In this document: positions 6,935-13,916 of the stretch, one piece after another | Layout: the number at the start of each line of letters is the position of its first letter | How positions within the stretch are numbered: the stretch's first letter is position 1 | From: an archaeon | GTDB lineage: Archaea; SpSt-1190; DYHY01 | DNA length: 13,916 nt | Direction: 5' to 3' | NCBI GenBank assembly: GCA_043803745.1 | Contig: JAZDJS010000024.1 | Coordinates: forward strand, 1-13,916 | Notes under the pieces: model-generated | Told to the model about the DNA's origin: nothing | Seen by the model: the letters and a program-made list of their open reading frames with translations, nothing else | Databases searched by the model: none | Made by a program: the position numbers and the translations under genes

Positions 6935-8077
6935 TCAGGAAAGATAACTTGCAAGGGTCGGGAGAATGAGGAATGCTACGAGCACGCGCTTGCTCACTCC
7001 CGCCCTTGCCGCAACGAGCGAGATTGCTGCCGAGAAAGCGAAAAGGGATATTCCCGGAAACCCGGAAAGGAGCCCGACAGCAGCCAGGAGGATTGCGAGG
7101 GAGAGTTCGTTGAGGAAGGGAAGCCTTGCAAGCTTTTCCGAAAGCGGGGAAATGCAGAACTTCAGGAAAAATGCGGAAGCGGAGGATGCGACTGCAACAA
7201 GGAGAATCGCGGGGGCAAGCCCCCCGAAGGATGCGAGCCCGGCTTGGGAGAGCGCGGAAATCACGCCGTTCCTTTCAGCCCCGGAGGAAAAGAAAGTCGG
7301 GAGGGAGAAAAGGAAGGCGGAAAATCCGCCGGAAACTGAAAGCGCCAGAAATTCCTCGGTATCGACCCCGCCGAAAAGCCCGGCAAGCGCGGCAACAACA
7401 ACCGAGACAGTCAGGGCGGGAAAGGTCCCGACGAAAAATCCGGCGAGCGTTCCCAGAATGACCGGGAAGAAAAGTTTCCCAATTGGAACCGGAGTTCTCC
7501 TTTCCGGGCGCTTCGCCCGGTCAGCCCCGTTTCCACCCGAAAGAATTGACTCGAGCAGCAGGGACCCGCCGAAGAACCCGGCGAAGACCGGGAAAAGCGA
7601 GTCCGAGGAAATGAAGTTCATTCCGAAGATTCCGGAAGCAAGGAAAACAAGAAACGCCTCGGGAAGCCTTTTCTCGGAGAAGACGAGAAGAACTGAGAAG
7701 AAGACGAGGATTCCGAGGACAAATTCGCGCGGGAATTTCCCCGGCAAGAGGAGGAGCGTTGCCGGAAGCGTTGCAAGGAAGACCGGAAGGGTCAGGAGGA
7801 GGGAATATGCAGAAACCAGGATTGCGCGGGAGCCCTCGCCAGCAAGGAACATCCTGTGCGCGGGAAGGACCGCGGTCTCGCTCCCTTCGGAAGGGACTCC
7901 GGAAAAAACCGAGAGGGGGACGGAGGAGAAATACTGGGCTGAAATCCCGGCAAGGATCCCCGGGACCCCGAGGGGGAGAAGGAGAACCGCAAGGGAGTTC
8001 TGGTGGATTCCGGGAAGGAAAAGCCCGGAGAAAATCCCGGCAAGGAAACCGAGGAAAGCCTGCGCGAGAAATTCCAT
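6935..8077 (-). CDS. Tripartite tricarboxylate transporter TctA family (archaeal DUF112-type) membrane protein
   Basis: GIFSGLFLPGIHQN, LSVFSGVP, AVLPAHRMFLAGEG and a second-half repeat GFFVGTFPALT. Hydrophobic throughout. Confidence 0.85.
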   Translation of the reverse strand: MEFLAQAFLGFLAGIFSGLFLPGIHQNSLAVLLLPLGVPGILAGISAQYFSSVPLSVFSGVPSEGSETAVLPAHRMFLAGEGSRAILVSAYSLLLTLPVFLATLPATLLLLPGKFPREFVLGILVFFSVLLVFSEKRLPEAFLVFLASGIFGMNFISSDSLFPVFAGFFGGSLLLESILSGGNGADRAKRPERRTPVPIGKLFFPVILGTLAGFFVGTFPALTVSVVVAALAGLFGGVDTEEFLALSVSGGFSAFLFSLPTFFSSGAERNGVISALSQAGLASFGGLAPAILLVAVASSASAFFLKFCISPLSEKLARLPFLNELSLAILLAAVGLLSGFPGISLFAFSAAISLVAARAGVSKRVLVAFLILPTLASYLS

Positions 8078-8100
8078 TTCGAGCCGAATAAATCCAAGCA

Positions 8101-8120
8101 GAGAATACTTTTAAAGACGG
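8101..8120. promoter_or_regulatory. TATA box for glyS, possibly also serving the divergent tctA
   Basis: TTTTAAAG at 8109-8116, 22 nt before ATG 8139, in a 61-bp divergent spacer. Confidence 0.55.
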
Positions 8121-8138
8121 GCGATTTCAGGCGTCGAA

Positions 8139-9656
8139 ATGCCCGCGACGACGACGACAAAGGAGGAAATCCTCGAGCTTCTCGCAAGGCGGGGCTTCGT
8201 CCTCCCTTCAAGCGAGGTTTACGGCGGTCTCGGGGGATTCTACGATTTTGGGCCGGTAGGTTCGATAACGAAGAGGAAGCTTGTCGATGCCTGGAGGAAC
8301 TGGGCAGTCAAGCGGGAAGGGTTTTCCGAAATAGACGGCTCGGCGGTTGTCAGGCGCGAGGTTGTCGAGGCAAGCGGCCACTTGAAAAGCTTCGTTGACC
8401 CCGTTGTCAGGTGCGAGAAATGCGGGGATGCCTTCCGCGCGGACCACCTCATAGAGGAGAAACTCTCGGAAAAGGCGGAGGGCAAGTCAAACGAAGAGAT
8501 TCAGAAAATGCTTTCCGAGAAGAAGGTGAACTGCCCGACCTGCGGCACGCGCCTGCCGGCAGCTGTCAATTCATTCCAGATGATGTTCGGAATCTCGGTT
8601 GGCGCGGGAAAGAAGGCAATCGAGGCATACCTTCGACCGGAAACCGCCCAGAGCATTTTCATAGACTTCCCGAGGGTCTTCAAGATAACGCGCGAAAAGC
8701 TCCCGCTGGGAATCGCCCAGGCAGGGAAGGCTTTCCGCAACGAGATTTCCCCGAGGCAGGGGCTCATCCGGATGCGGGAATTCGAGCAGCTCGAGATTGA
8801 GATATTCCTCGACCCGGAAAAGCTTGAGGAGGGGATGAGCGATTGGGATGCGCTCAGGGGGACCGTCGTCGAATTCGTGAAGGAAGGCGAAACCCTGAAA
8901 GCACCCGTAGAGGAGCTTTTTTCCTCCGGAAAAATCCCGGTGAAGCAGCTCGCATACTGGGTTGCGAAGGAGCAGGTTTTCTATTCGGAAATCCTCGGAA
9001 TCCCCAAAGAAAAAATCCGGTTCAAATTCCTCCCGAAGGGGGAGACGCCATTCTATTCCAAGGGCAACATTGACATGGAGGTCGAGACCTTCTACGGATG
9101 GAAGGAGACGATCGGGAACGCATACCGGACGGACTATGACCTGACGACGCACGGGAAGCACTCGGGAAAGGAATTCGCAGTAACGCTTCCGGACGGCAGG
9201 AAAATAATTCCGCACGTTGTCGAGCCCTCCTGGGGCTTGCAGAGGATGTTCTACTGCGCGCTTGAAAGCGCTTACCGCGCCAAGGGATTTGACAGGGACT
9301 GGGTCTGGCTTGACCTGCCTGCGGAAATCGCCCCATACGTCGTTCACGTCTTCCCTCTGATGAAACGGGACGGGCTTGACGCCCTTGCGAAGAAAATCGC
9401 GGCGGACCTCCAGAAAGGGGGGTTCGACTGCCTCTATGACGAGACCGGCTCAATCGGGAAGAGATACGCGCGCGCGGACGAGATAGGCTGCCCGTTCTCG
9501 GTGACAATCGATTATGAAAGCATTGAGAAGGAAAAAGGGGATGTGACTGTCCGGGACCGGAACACAATGAAGCAGGTCCGCGTGAAGATAGCCGAGCTCC
9601 CGGTTTTCATTGCCAAGCAGCTCTCCGTTCTATTGAAAAAAGAGGGAAGAGAATAG
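8139..9656 (+). CDS. glyS: Glycine--tRNA ligase (homodimeric archaeal/eukaryotic type)
   Basis: RRGF..S.EVYGG..GFYDFGP, ASGH, YLRPETAQ, motif 2 GKAFRNEISPRQGLIRMREFEQ, IPHVVEPSWG, and anticodon domain GSIGKRYARADEIG. Confidence 0.97.
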   Translation: MPATTTTKEEILELLARRGFVLPSSEVYGGLGGFYDFGPVGSITKRKLVDAWRNWAVKREGFSEIDGSAVVRREVVEASGHLKSFVDPVVRCEKCGDAFRADHLIEEKLSEKAEGKSNEEIQKMLSEKKVNCPTCGTRLPAAVNSFQMMFGISVGAGKKAIEAYLRPETAQSIFIDFPRVFKITREKLPLGIAQAGKAFRNEISPRQGLIRMREFEQLEIEIFLDPEKLEEGMSDWDALRGTVVEFVKEGETLKAPVEELFSSGKIPVKQLAYWVAKEQVFYSEILGIPKEKIRFKFLPKGETPFYSKGNIDMEVETFYGWKETIGNAYRTDYDLTTHGKHSGKEFAVTLPDGRKIIPHVVEPSWGLQRMFYCALESAYRAKGFDRDWVWLDLPAEIAPYVVHVFPLMKRDGLDALAKKIAADLQKGGFDCLYDETGSIGKRYARADEIGCPFSVTIDYESIEKEKGDVTVRDRNTMKQVRVKIAELPVFIAKQLSVLLKKEGRE

Positions 9657-9660
9657 CCAA

Positions 9661-10971
9661 ATGGGACTTTTCGGAACGTCTGGAATAAGGGGAATTTACG
9701 AAACGGAAATAACGGTCGACCTTGCAAGGAAGCTTGGCGCCGCTCTCGCGAAGAGGTACAAGAAGATTGTCATTGCGCGGGACCACAGGCTCTCGGGGCC
9801 AATCCTTTCCGAAGCCCTCGGGAAGGCTGCCGCAATGATTGGCGCGGAGGCAATTGAAATCGGGATTTGCCCGACCCCCGCAGCAGCTTTCGCGGGGAAG
9901 ACGCTCGGGGCCGACTGCGTCGTGGTCGTCACCGCAAGCCACAACCCGCCGGCCTACAACGGATTCAAGTTCTTCAACCCCGACGGCTCCGCTTTCTCGA
10001 GAATCCAGGAAGCGGAATTGGCGAAGCTGATTGAATATGCGCCGGTGGTCTCCGGGAGAATCAAGACCTCGGAAATTTCCAAGTTCTCGCATAACGACGC
10101 AATACTGAAGGAATTCGCCGGACAATTCGCCGGAATGAAGGTTGTCCTCAACTGCAACGGCGGGGCTGCGACCGCAACGGCTCCCGCGCTTTTCGAGAAA
10201 CTGGGCTGCATCGTATACCCGATTTTCGACAAGCCCGACGGGGAATATGTGCCGAACCCGAAGACGAAGCCTGACTCGACGCTCGGAGACTGGAACAGGA
10301 TTGCCGACGTTGACACAACCGAGCGCGCCGTTGCCGACAGGGGGGCCGATGTCGGGATCATCTATGACGGGGATGCTGACAGGCTTCTTGCAATCGCCCC
10401 TAACGGCGCCGTTGCGCCGGACAAGCTTCTCTACCTTTTCTGTGCGCAGTTCTACCCTGGCGCCAACGTCGTCGATGTCGTTGACGGCTCGTCAATCCTC
10501 GACTCGGTATGCAACGTCACAAGGGTTCCTGTCGGGGATGTAAACGTTTCCCACAGGCTCAAGGGGGAGGGCAACTTTTCCTTCGGCGGGGAAAGCTGCA
10601 GCGGAGTCTACATCTGGCCGAGCCTGCACTACTGTCCGGACGGGATCTATTCATCTGTGAAGCTCCTCCAGATGGTCAGGGAGAAGGGCTCTCTTGACGC
10701 GCTTTGCGCGCAGGTTCCGGAGAATTTCATAAAACGGGAGAAGGTTTCCGTCCCGAACGAGTTCAAGCTCCAGCTTCTTGAGCATGCCCGGGAGAAAATG
10801 GAGCCGGGATGGAAGATAAACGATTCGGACGGCATAAGGGTCGATTTTCCCGGAAGCTGGTTCCTGCTGAGGCCTTCCGGAACCGAGCCCCTGATGCGGA
10901 TTACCGTCGAGGCTGAAACGGAAGAAAAGGCGCTTGCGCTTTTGGACAAGGCACGGAAACTCCTGGAATGA
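9661..10971 (+). CDS. glmM: Alpha-D-phosphohexomutase (phosphoglucosamine mutase/PMM-PGM family)
   Basis: LFGTSGIRG, TASHNP, DGDADR, GGE and RPSGTEP. The GlmM assignment rests on nearby glmU; substrate specificity is not provable from motifs. Confidence 0.85.
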   Translation: MGLFGTSGIRGIYETEITVDLARKLGAALAKRYKKIVIARDHRLSGPILSEALGKAAAMIGAEAIEIGICPTPAAAFAGKTLGADCVVVVTASHNPPAYNGFKFFNPDGSAFSRIQEAELAKLIEYAPVVSGRIKTSEISKFSHNDAILKEFAGQFAGMKVVLNCNGGAATATAPALFEKLGCIVYPIFDKPDGEYVPNPKTKPDSTLGDWNRIADVDTTERAVADRGADVGIIYDGDADRLLAIAPNGAVAPDKLLYLFCAQFYPGANVVDVVDGSSILDSVCNVTRVPVGDVNVSHRLKGEGNFSFGGESCSGVYIWPSLHYCPDGIYSSVKLLQMVREKGSLDALCAQVPENFIKREKVSVPNEFKLQLLEHAREKMEPGWKINDSDGIRVDFPGSWFLLRPSGTEPLMRITVEAETEEKALALLDKARKLLE

Positions 10972-10978
10972 TTTCCAA

Positions 10979-11012
10979 GAATGACCACTTTGAAGGGATA
11001 AATATATAAAGG
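10979..11012 (+). promoter_or_regulatory. Conserved upstream element plus TATA box, copy 1
   Basis: GAATGACCACTTTGAAGGGATAAATATATAAAGG. TATATAAA ends 21 nt before ATG 11032. Identity to copy 3 is 30/34. Confidence 0.85.
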
Positions 11013-11031
11013 CGGAAGGAAATAGGCAAGC

Positions 11032-11436
11032 ATGAGTGACCTGATACTTCCCGATCCGAGAGAAGAAGCGGCAAGAAAATATCTAGAGGTTGGTGGCGAG
11101 ACAGCTCTCAATCCAATAGGAGAAACTTTAAACGATTATCTTGGGAGTTTCGGAATCTGCTCATCTGACGCCCAGACAATAGCGGATGGGCATTCGCAAA
11201 TCGACAAAAAATATCCGGTTTCGGTCGTAGTGGAGTTAACCAAAAGAGCGGATCAGAAGAGATGCGAGGATTCCACGCTTGCCCCGTGGGGCGCCCTCAC
11301 ATTGGATGAAAAACTCAAAGAGACAATGGCTTCCTATCTTCTTTTGGACGCATATGCCGCGAAGCAAAGGCACAAGGCAAATGCATCCGCAAAAAGCCCG
11401 CCTGCATATAGCGAAGTGGCCACTTTGAAGGGTTAA
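11032..11436 (+). CDS. Hypothetical protein, 134 aa
   Basis: ORF directly downstream of a clear TATA box. No recognisable motif. The stop codon lies inside motif copy 2. Confidence 0.7.
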   Translation: MSDLILPDPREEAARKYLEVGGETALNPIGETLNDYLGSFGICSSDAQTIADGHSQIDKKYPVSVVVELTKRADQKRCEDSTLAPWGALTLDEKLKETMASYLLLDAYAAKQRHKANASAKSPPAYSEVATLKG

Positions 11437-11447
11437 ACTTTTAAATC
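11414..11447 (+). promoter_or_regulatory. Conserved upstream element plus TATA box, copy 2
   Basis: AAGTGGCCACTTTGAAGGGTTAAACTTTTAAATC, containing the perfect palindrome AAGTGGCCACTT. TTTTAAAT ends 20 nt before ATG 11467. Confidence 0.8.
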
Positions 11448-11466
11448 CGGACGGAACGTCCCCGGA

Positions 11467-11928
11467 ATGGGAAACCTGAAGAATCTTTTGCGGACTGCAA
11501 ACCCGTTTTCCGGAGTTGACGAGGAATATATCTGGGGACTCCTTGATGAATTCGGCCTCGGGGCTGCGGTAAAGAAATATGAACTGGAATCCGGGGCGAT
11601 TGCCGGCGCGGGCGAAAGCAAAGGGCTTGATATCAGTTTCCCGAAAGCAATCGAGGTCAGATCAATACACCCGGAAAGCACCGGATTAACTGACGGAGAG
11701 TTCTACAATTTTGTGACAGTCAGAATTCCGGTTCCGGTAGAAGCCTCTTTCGCCCGAAGGGATTTCGGCTCGGCGGTCGTCCTTAAAGAGGAACACCCCG
11801 GTGAAAGATACGGAAAATTCCTGAAAGTGACAAGTGCGTATCCTGAGGTGCCGTTCGCAAACATTCCCGCAAAAGCCGATTTCAGGGAAGCTGTCGAATA
11901 TGCAAGGGACTTGCTGAGCTCGGAATGA
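11467..11928 (+). CDS. Hypothetical protein, 153 aa; probable paralogue of the next ORF
   Basis: Own promoter, and colinear similarity with 11925..12395. Confidence 0.78.
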   Translation: MGNLKNLLRTANPFSGVDEEYIWGLLDEFGLGAAVKKYELESGAIAGAGESKGLDISFPKAIEVRSIHPESTGLTDGEFYNFVTVRIPVPVEASFARRDFGSAVVLKEEHPGERYGKFLKVTSAYPEVPFANIPAKADFREAVEYARDLLSSE

Positions 11929-12395
11929 AAGGAGCAAGAGAGAAAATGACCAATCCGGAAAAATCATTCTTCGGCAGAATCAAAGAAGGAGTTTCCAACG
12001 CATTCTCGGATTTGGATGCTGGATATGCACTGCGCGCTGCCGCGCGAGCGGGACTTGAGGAAAGCATGCTCGGATATTTCCGCGCCCAAGAAGGAAATGA
12101 ACGTCTGCCCTTGCCGTTCGAAATCAAGGAAGGCCTAAGCAACCCAGTATATGCCGGAGCAGACTTGGACGATCCCTGCATTTATTTCCACGAACTGACA
12201 GCAAGGTTCCTTGTTCCAAACGGAGCACAAATAGAATCCGAACCTGAGAGAGGGATAAATGTCAGGGAACTTGAGGGAATCAGGTTCGCTGAACTGCAGG
12301 TAACTTATTTCAAGCCGGGCCTTTTCCTCCGCGCCGAAGCGAAGCACCGTTTGAAGGAAAACCTCGCTTACCTCGCGGACAGAGTTCTTGAGTGA
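11925..12395 (+). CDS. Hypothetical protein, 156 aa; probable paralogue of the previous ORF
   Basis: ATGA overlap with the upstream ORF (alternative start 11946). Shares motifs with 11467..11928. Confidence 0.78.
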   Translation: MKGAREKMTNPEKSFFGRIKEGVSNAFSDLDAGYALRAAARAGLEESMLGYFRAQEGNERLPLPFEIKEGLSNPVYAGADLDDPCIYFHELTARFLVPNGAQIESEPERGINVRELEGIRFAELQVTYFKPGLFLRAEAKHRLKENLAYLADRVLE

Positions 12396-12406
12396 CGAAG
12401 GAATCC

Positions 12407-12423
12407 CTAAAATTCTTTAAACC
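12407..12423 (+). promoter_or_regulatory. Putative BRE/TATA promoter of glmU
   Basis: CTAAAATTC followed by TTTAAACC (12416-12423), 20 nt before ATG 12444. The GRCCACT element is absent. Confidence 0.55.
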
Positions 12424-12443
12424 CATCCAACATCCCTAGGGAG

Positions 12444-13733
12444 ATGGCTGCGTCACAGGGAATAAGGACTGCAATAGTCCTTGCGGCAGGGGAGGGCACG
12501 CGCCTCCGGCCAATTACTTTCACCCGTCCGAAGCCGCTTATTCCAATACTTGGTAAGCCTTTCATTTCCCATATCCTTGAGAATCTTTCAAAAGCAGGAA
12601 TACGGCGCGCAATTGTCGTAATTGGCTACCGGGGGGAGGAAATCCGGAAATATCTGGAAGAGAATTCAAAGAAGCTCGGATTGAAAATAGATTTCGTCAC
12701 CCAAGCGCGCGCCCTTGGCACTGGCCATGCTTTCGCAGCAGCGGCCGGGCTTTTGGCAAAGAGCGACGAAAGATTCCTTTGCCTTGCCGGGGACAACTAT
12801 TATTCCGCAGGGGATATTGCGGATTTTGTAAAAAAAGCAGAGAAGGAAGCAGGTTTCCTTGTCGGAGGGATTGATGTCTTAGACCCGGGCAGGTTTGGGA
12901 TTTTTTCTCTTGAGGGCGAGCGCGTCACGAAAGTGATTGAAAAGCCGGCAAACCCGCCCTCGAACACTGCGAACGCGTCGCTCTATCTCTTCGACAAATC
13001 CTGCTTGGACCTGGCAGGGAAGCTTGAGAAATCGCCGCGCGGGGAATATGAGATAACGGACGTCCTGAAAATCCTCGCCGGGAGGAACCTCTTGAACTTC
13101 TCCAGGCTTTCCTACTGGACAGACCTTGGCGCGCCCTGGGACATACTTGACCTTAACGCAAAGCTCCTTTCGGAAATGAAGGGGAAAATCCATTCCGGAG
13201 CTGAAATCGAGCGCGGCGCGCACATCAAGGGCGCGGTTTTAATCGGGAAAGGGACAATTGTCAAGAGCGGCTCCTATATCGAGGGACCGGTCTGGATTGG
13301 CGAGGACTGCTCAATTGGTCCGAACTGCTACATCCGCGCGGGGACGGTCCTCGGGGAAAAGACAGGGGTTGGTCAGGCAGTCGAGATAAAGAACTCGGTT
13401 TTCTTCGGGCACACCAACGTCAAGCACCTCTCTTATGTTGCCGATTCGGTAATTGGAAAGAACTGCAATTTCGGGGCGGGGACAATTACAGCCAATCTCC
13501 GCCATGACAAGGGAAACATCAAAATGGTCCTCAACGGGAAACTCGTCGATTCCGGAAGAAGGAAGCTCGGCGTTGTAATGGGCGACAATTCAAAGACGGG
13601 GATACACTGCTCGGTTTACCCGGGAAGGACAATCGGGCCGAATTCCTGGACCGATTCGGCAAGCCTTGTTGACCGGGATGTCCCGCCCGGGCATTTCCTC
13701 CGAAGGGACGGGACTATTGAGAAGCTTCCCTGA
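12444..13733 (+). CDS. glmU: Bifunctional sugar-1-phosphate nucleotidylyltransferase/acetyltransferase (archaeal GlmU, ST0452-like)
   Basis: LAAGEGTRLRPIT..RPKPL, LGTGHA, EKP, SPRGEYEITD, hexapeptide repeats, HLSYVADSVIG and NFGAGTITANLRHD. Confidence 0.93.
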   Translation: MAASQGIRTAIVLAAGEGTRLRPITFTRPKPLIPILGKPFISHILENLSKAGIRRAIVVIGYRGEEIRKYLEENSKKLGLKIDFVTQARALGTGHAFAAAAGLLAKSDERFLCLAGDNYYSAGDIADFVKKAEKEAGFLVGGIDVLDPGRFGIFSLEGERVTKVIEKPANPPSNTANASLYLFDKSCLDLAGKLEKSPRGEYEITDVLKILAGRNLLNFSRLSYWTDLGAPWDILDLNAKLLSEMKGKIHSGAEIERGAHIKGAVLIGKGTIVKSGSYIEGPVWIGEDCSIGPNCYIRAGTVLGEKTGVGQAVEIKNSVFFGHTNVKHLSYVADSVIGKNCNFGAGTITANLRHDKGNIKMVLNGKLVDSGRRKLGVVMGDNSKTGIHCSVYPGRTIGPNSWTDSASLVDRDVPPGHFLRRDGTIEKLP

Positions 13734-13744
13734 AAAACCAAGGA

Positions 13745-13778
13745 AAATGGCCACTTTCAAGGGATAACTATATAAAGG
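13745..13778 (+). promoter_or_regulatory. Conserved upstream element plus TATA box, copy 3
   Basis: AAATGGCCACTTTCAAGGGATAACTATATAAAGG. TATATAAA ends 23 nt before ATG 13800. Confidence 0.85.
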
Positions 13779-13799
13779 AAAGCGCGCCTTCGCTTCCCA

Positions 13800-13916
13800 A
13801 TGGCCAAAACAACTATTCCAGTACCAAGCGAAGCTGACTCCGTAACACCCACGCCGAGTGAGGGCTCACCACCCAGCGAAAAAGTTTTTCATACTGGATT
13901 TGGACTACTTTTACCC
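13800..13916 (+). CDS. Partial hypothetical protein, truncated by the window end
   Basis: ATG 13800 opens a 39-codon frame to the edge (MAKTTIPVPSEADSVTPTPSEGSPPSEKVFHTGFGLLLP), correctly spaced from the TATA box. It is not in the ORF track. Confidence 0.6.
   Translation, partial: MAKTTIPVPSEADSVTPTPSEGSPPSEKVFHTGFGLLLP

Noticed and set aside
6935-8077. TctA without TctB/TctC as a novel system
   Set aside because: Stand-alone TctA-family genes are common in archaea.
6966-8114. 382-aa + strand ORF rich in K/R/P/A
   Set aside because: Antisense shadow of the hydrophobic TctA gene.
8571-9347. 258-aa - strand ORF
   Set aside because: Antisense shadow of glyS.
11432-11438. GTTAAAC matching the integron core GTTRRRY
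   Set aside because: Only copy 2 fits (the others read GATAAAT and GATAACT). There is no attC-like long inverted repeat and no integrase.
12403-12442. ATCCCTA repeat and TCCCTAGGGA palindrome at the glmU promoter
   Set aside because: Short, seen at one locus only, and compatible with chance.
10979-13778. Repeated element read as ORB boxes of a replication origin
   Set aside because: The CCACTT..GAAGGG resemblance is loose. The copies are dispersed, each tied to a TATA box and ATG, with no AT-rich unwinding region or cdc6 gene. Cdc6/Orc1 binding is not formally excluded.

Overview
Compact archaeal chromosomal segment. Lineage cannot be fixed from sequence alone; the short spacers and gene overlaps would fit a streamlined, DPANN-like genome. 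The housekeeping backbone is tRNA-Lys(CTT), rpl37e, an LSm protein, rps8e, a SWIM zinc-finger protein, a Fap7/AK6-type kinase, a membrane-anchored Lon-like (S16) protease, an HhH-GPD DNA glycosylase, a double-DUF350 membrane protein, an MBL-fold hydrolase, a TctA-family permease, glycyl-tRNA synthetase, a phosphohexomutase (GlmM/PMM-like) and archaeal bifunctional GlmU. Orphan ORFs are interspersed. The strongest unexplained signal is a conserved ~34-bp element (pseudo-palindrome AARTGRCCACTT, then TSAAGGGWTAAM, then a TATA box). It sits at a fixed distance upstream of three orphan ORFs (11032, 11467, 13800), with a degenerate fourth copy before the orphan at 5103, and I did not see it at the housekeeping promoters. 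This suggests a dispersed orphan-gene regulon or a mobile promoter/cassette system. Other notable points: a 44-bp-period duplication of the tRNA 3' end, a pair of divergent tandem paralogues between glmM and glmU, a possibly cysteine-less thioredoxin-like orphan, and TATA-to-start spacing indicating leaderless mRNAs.
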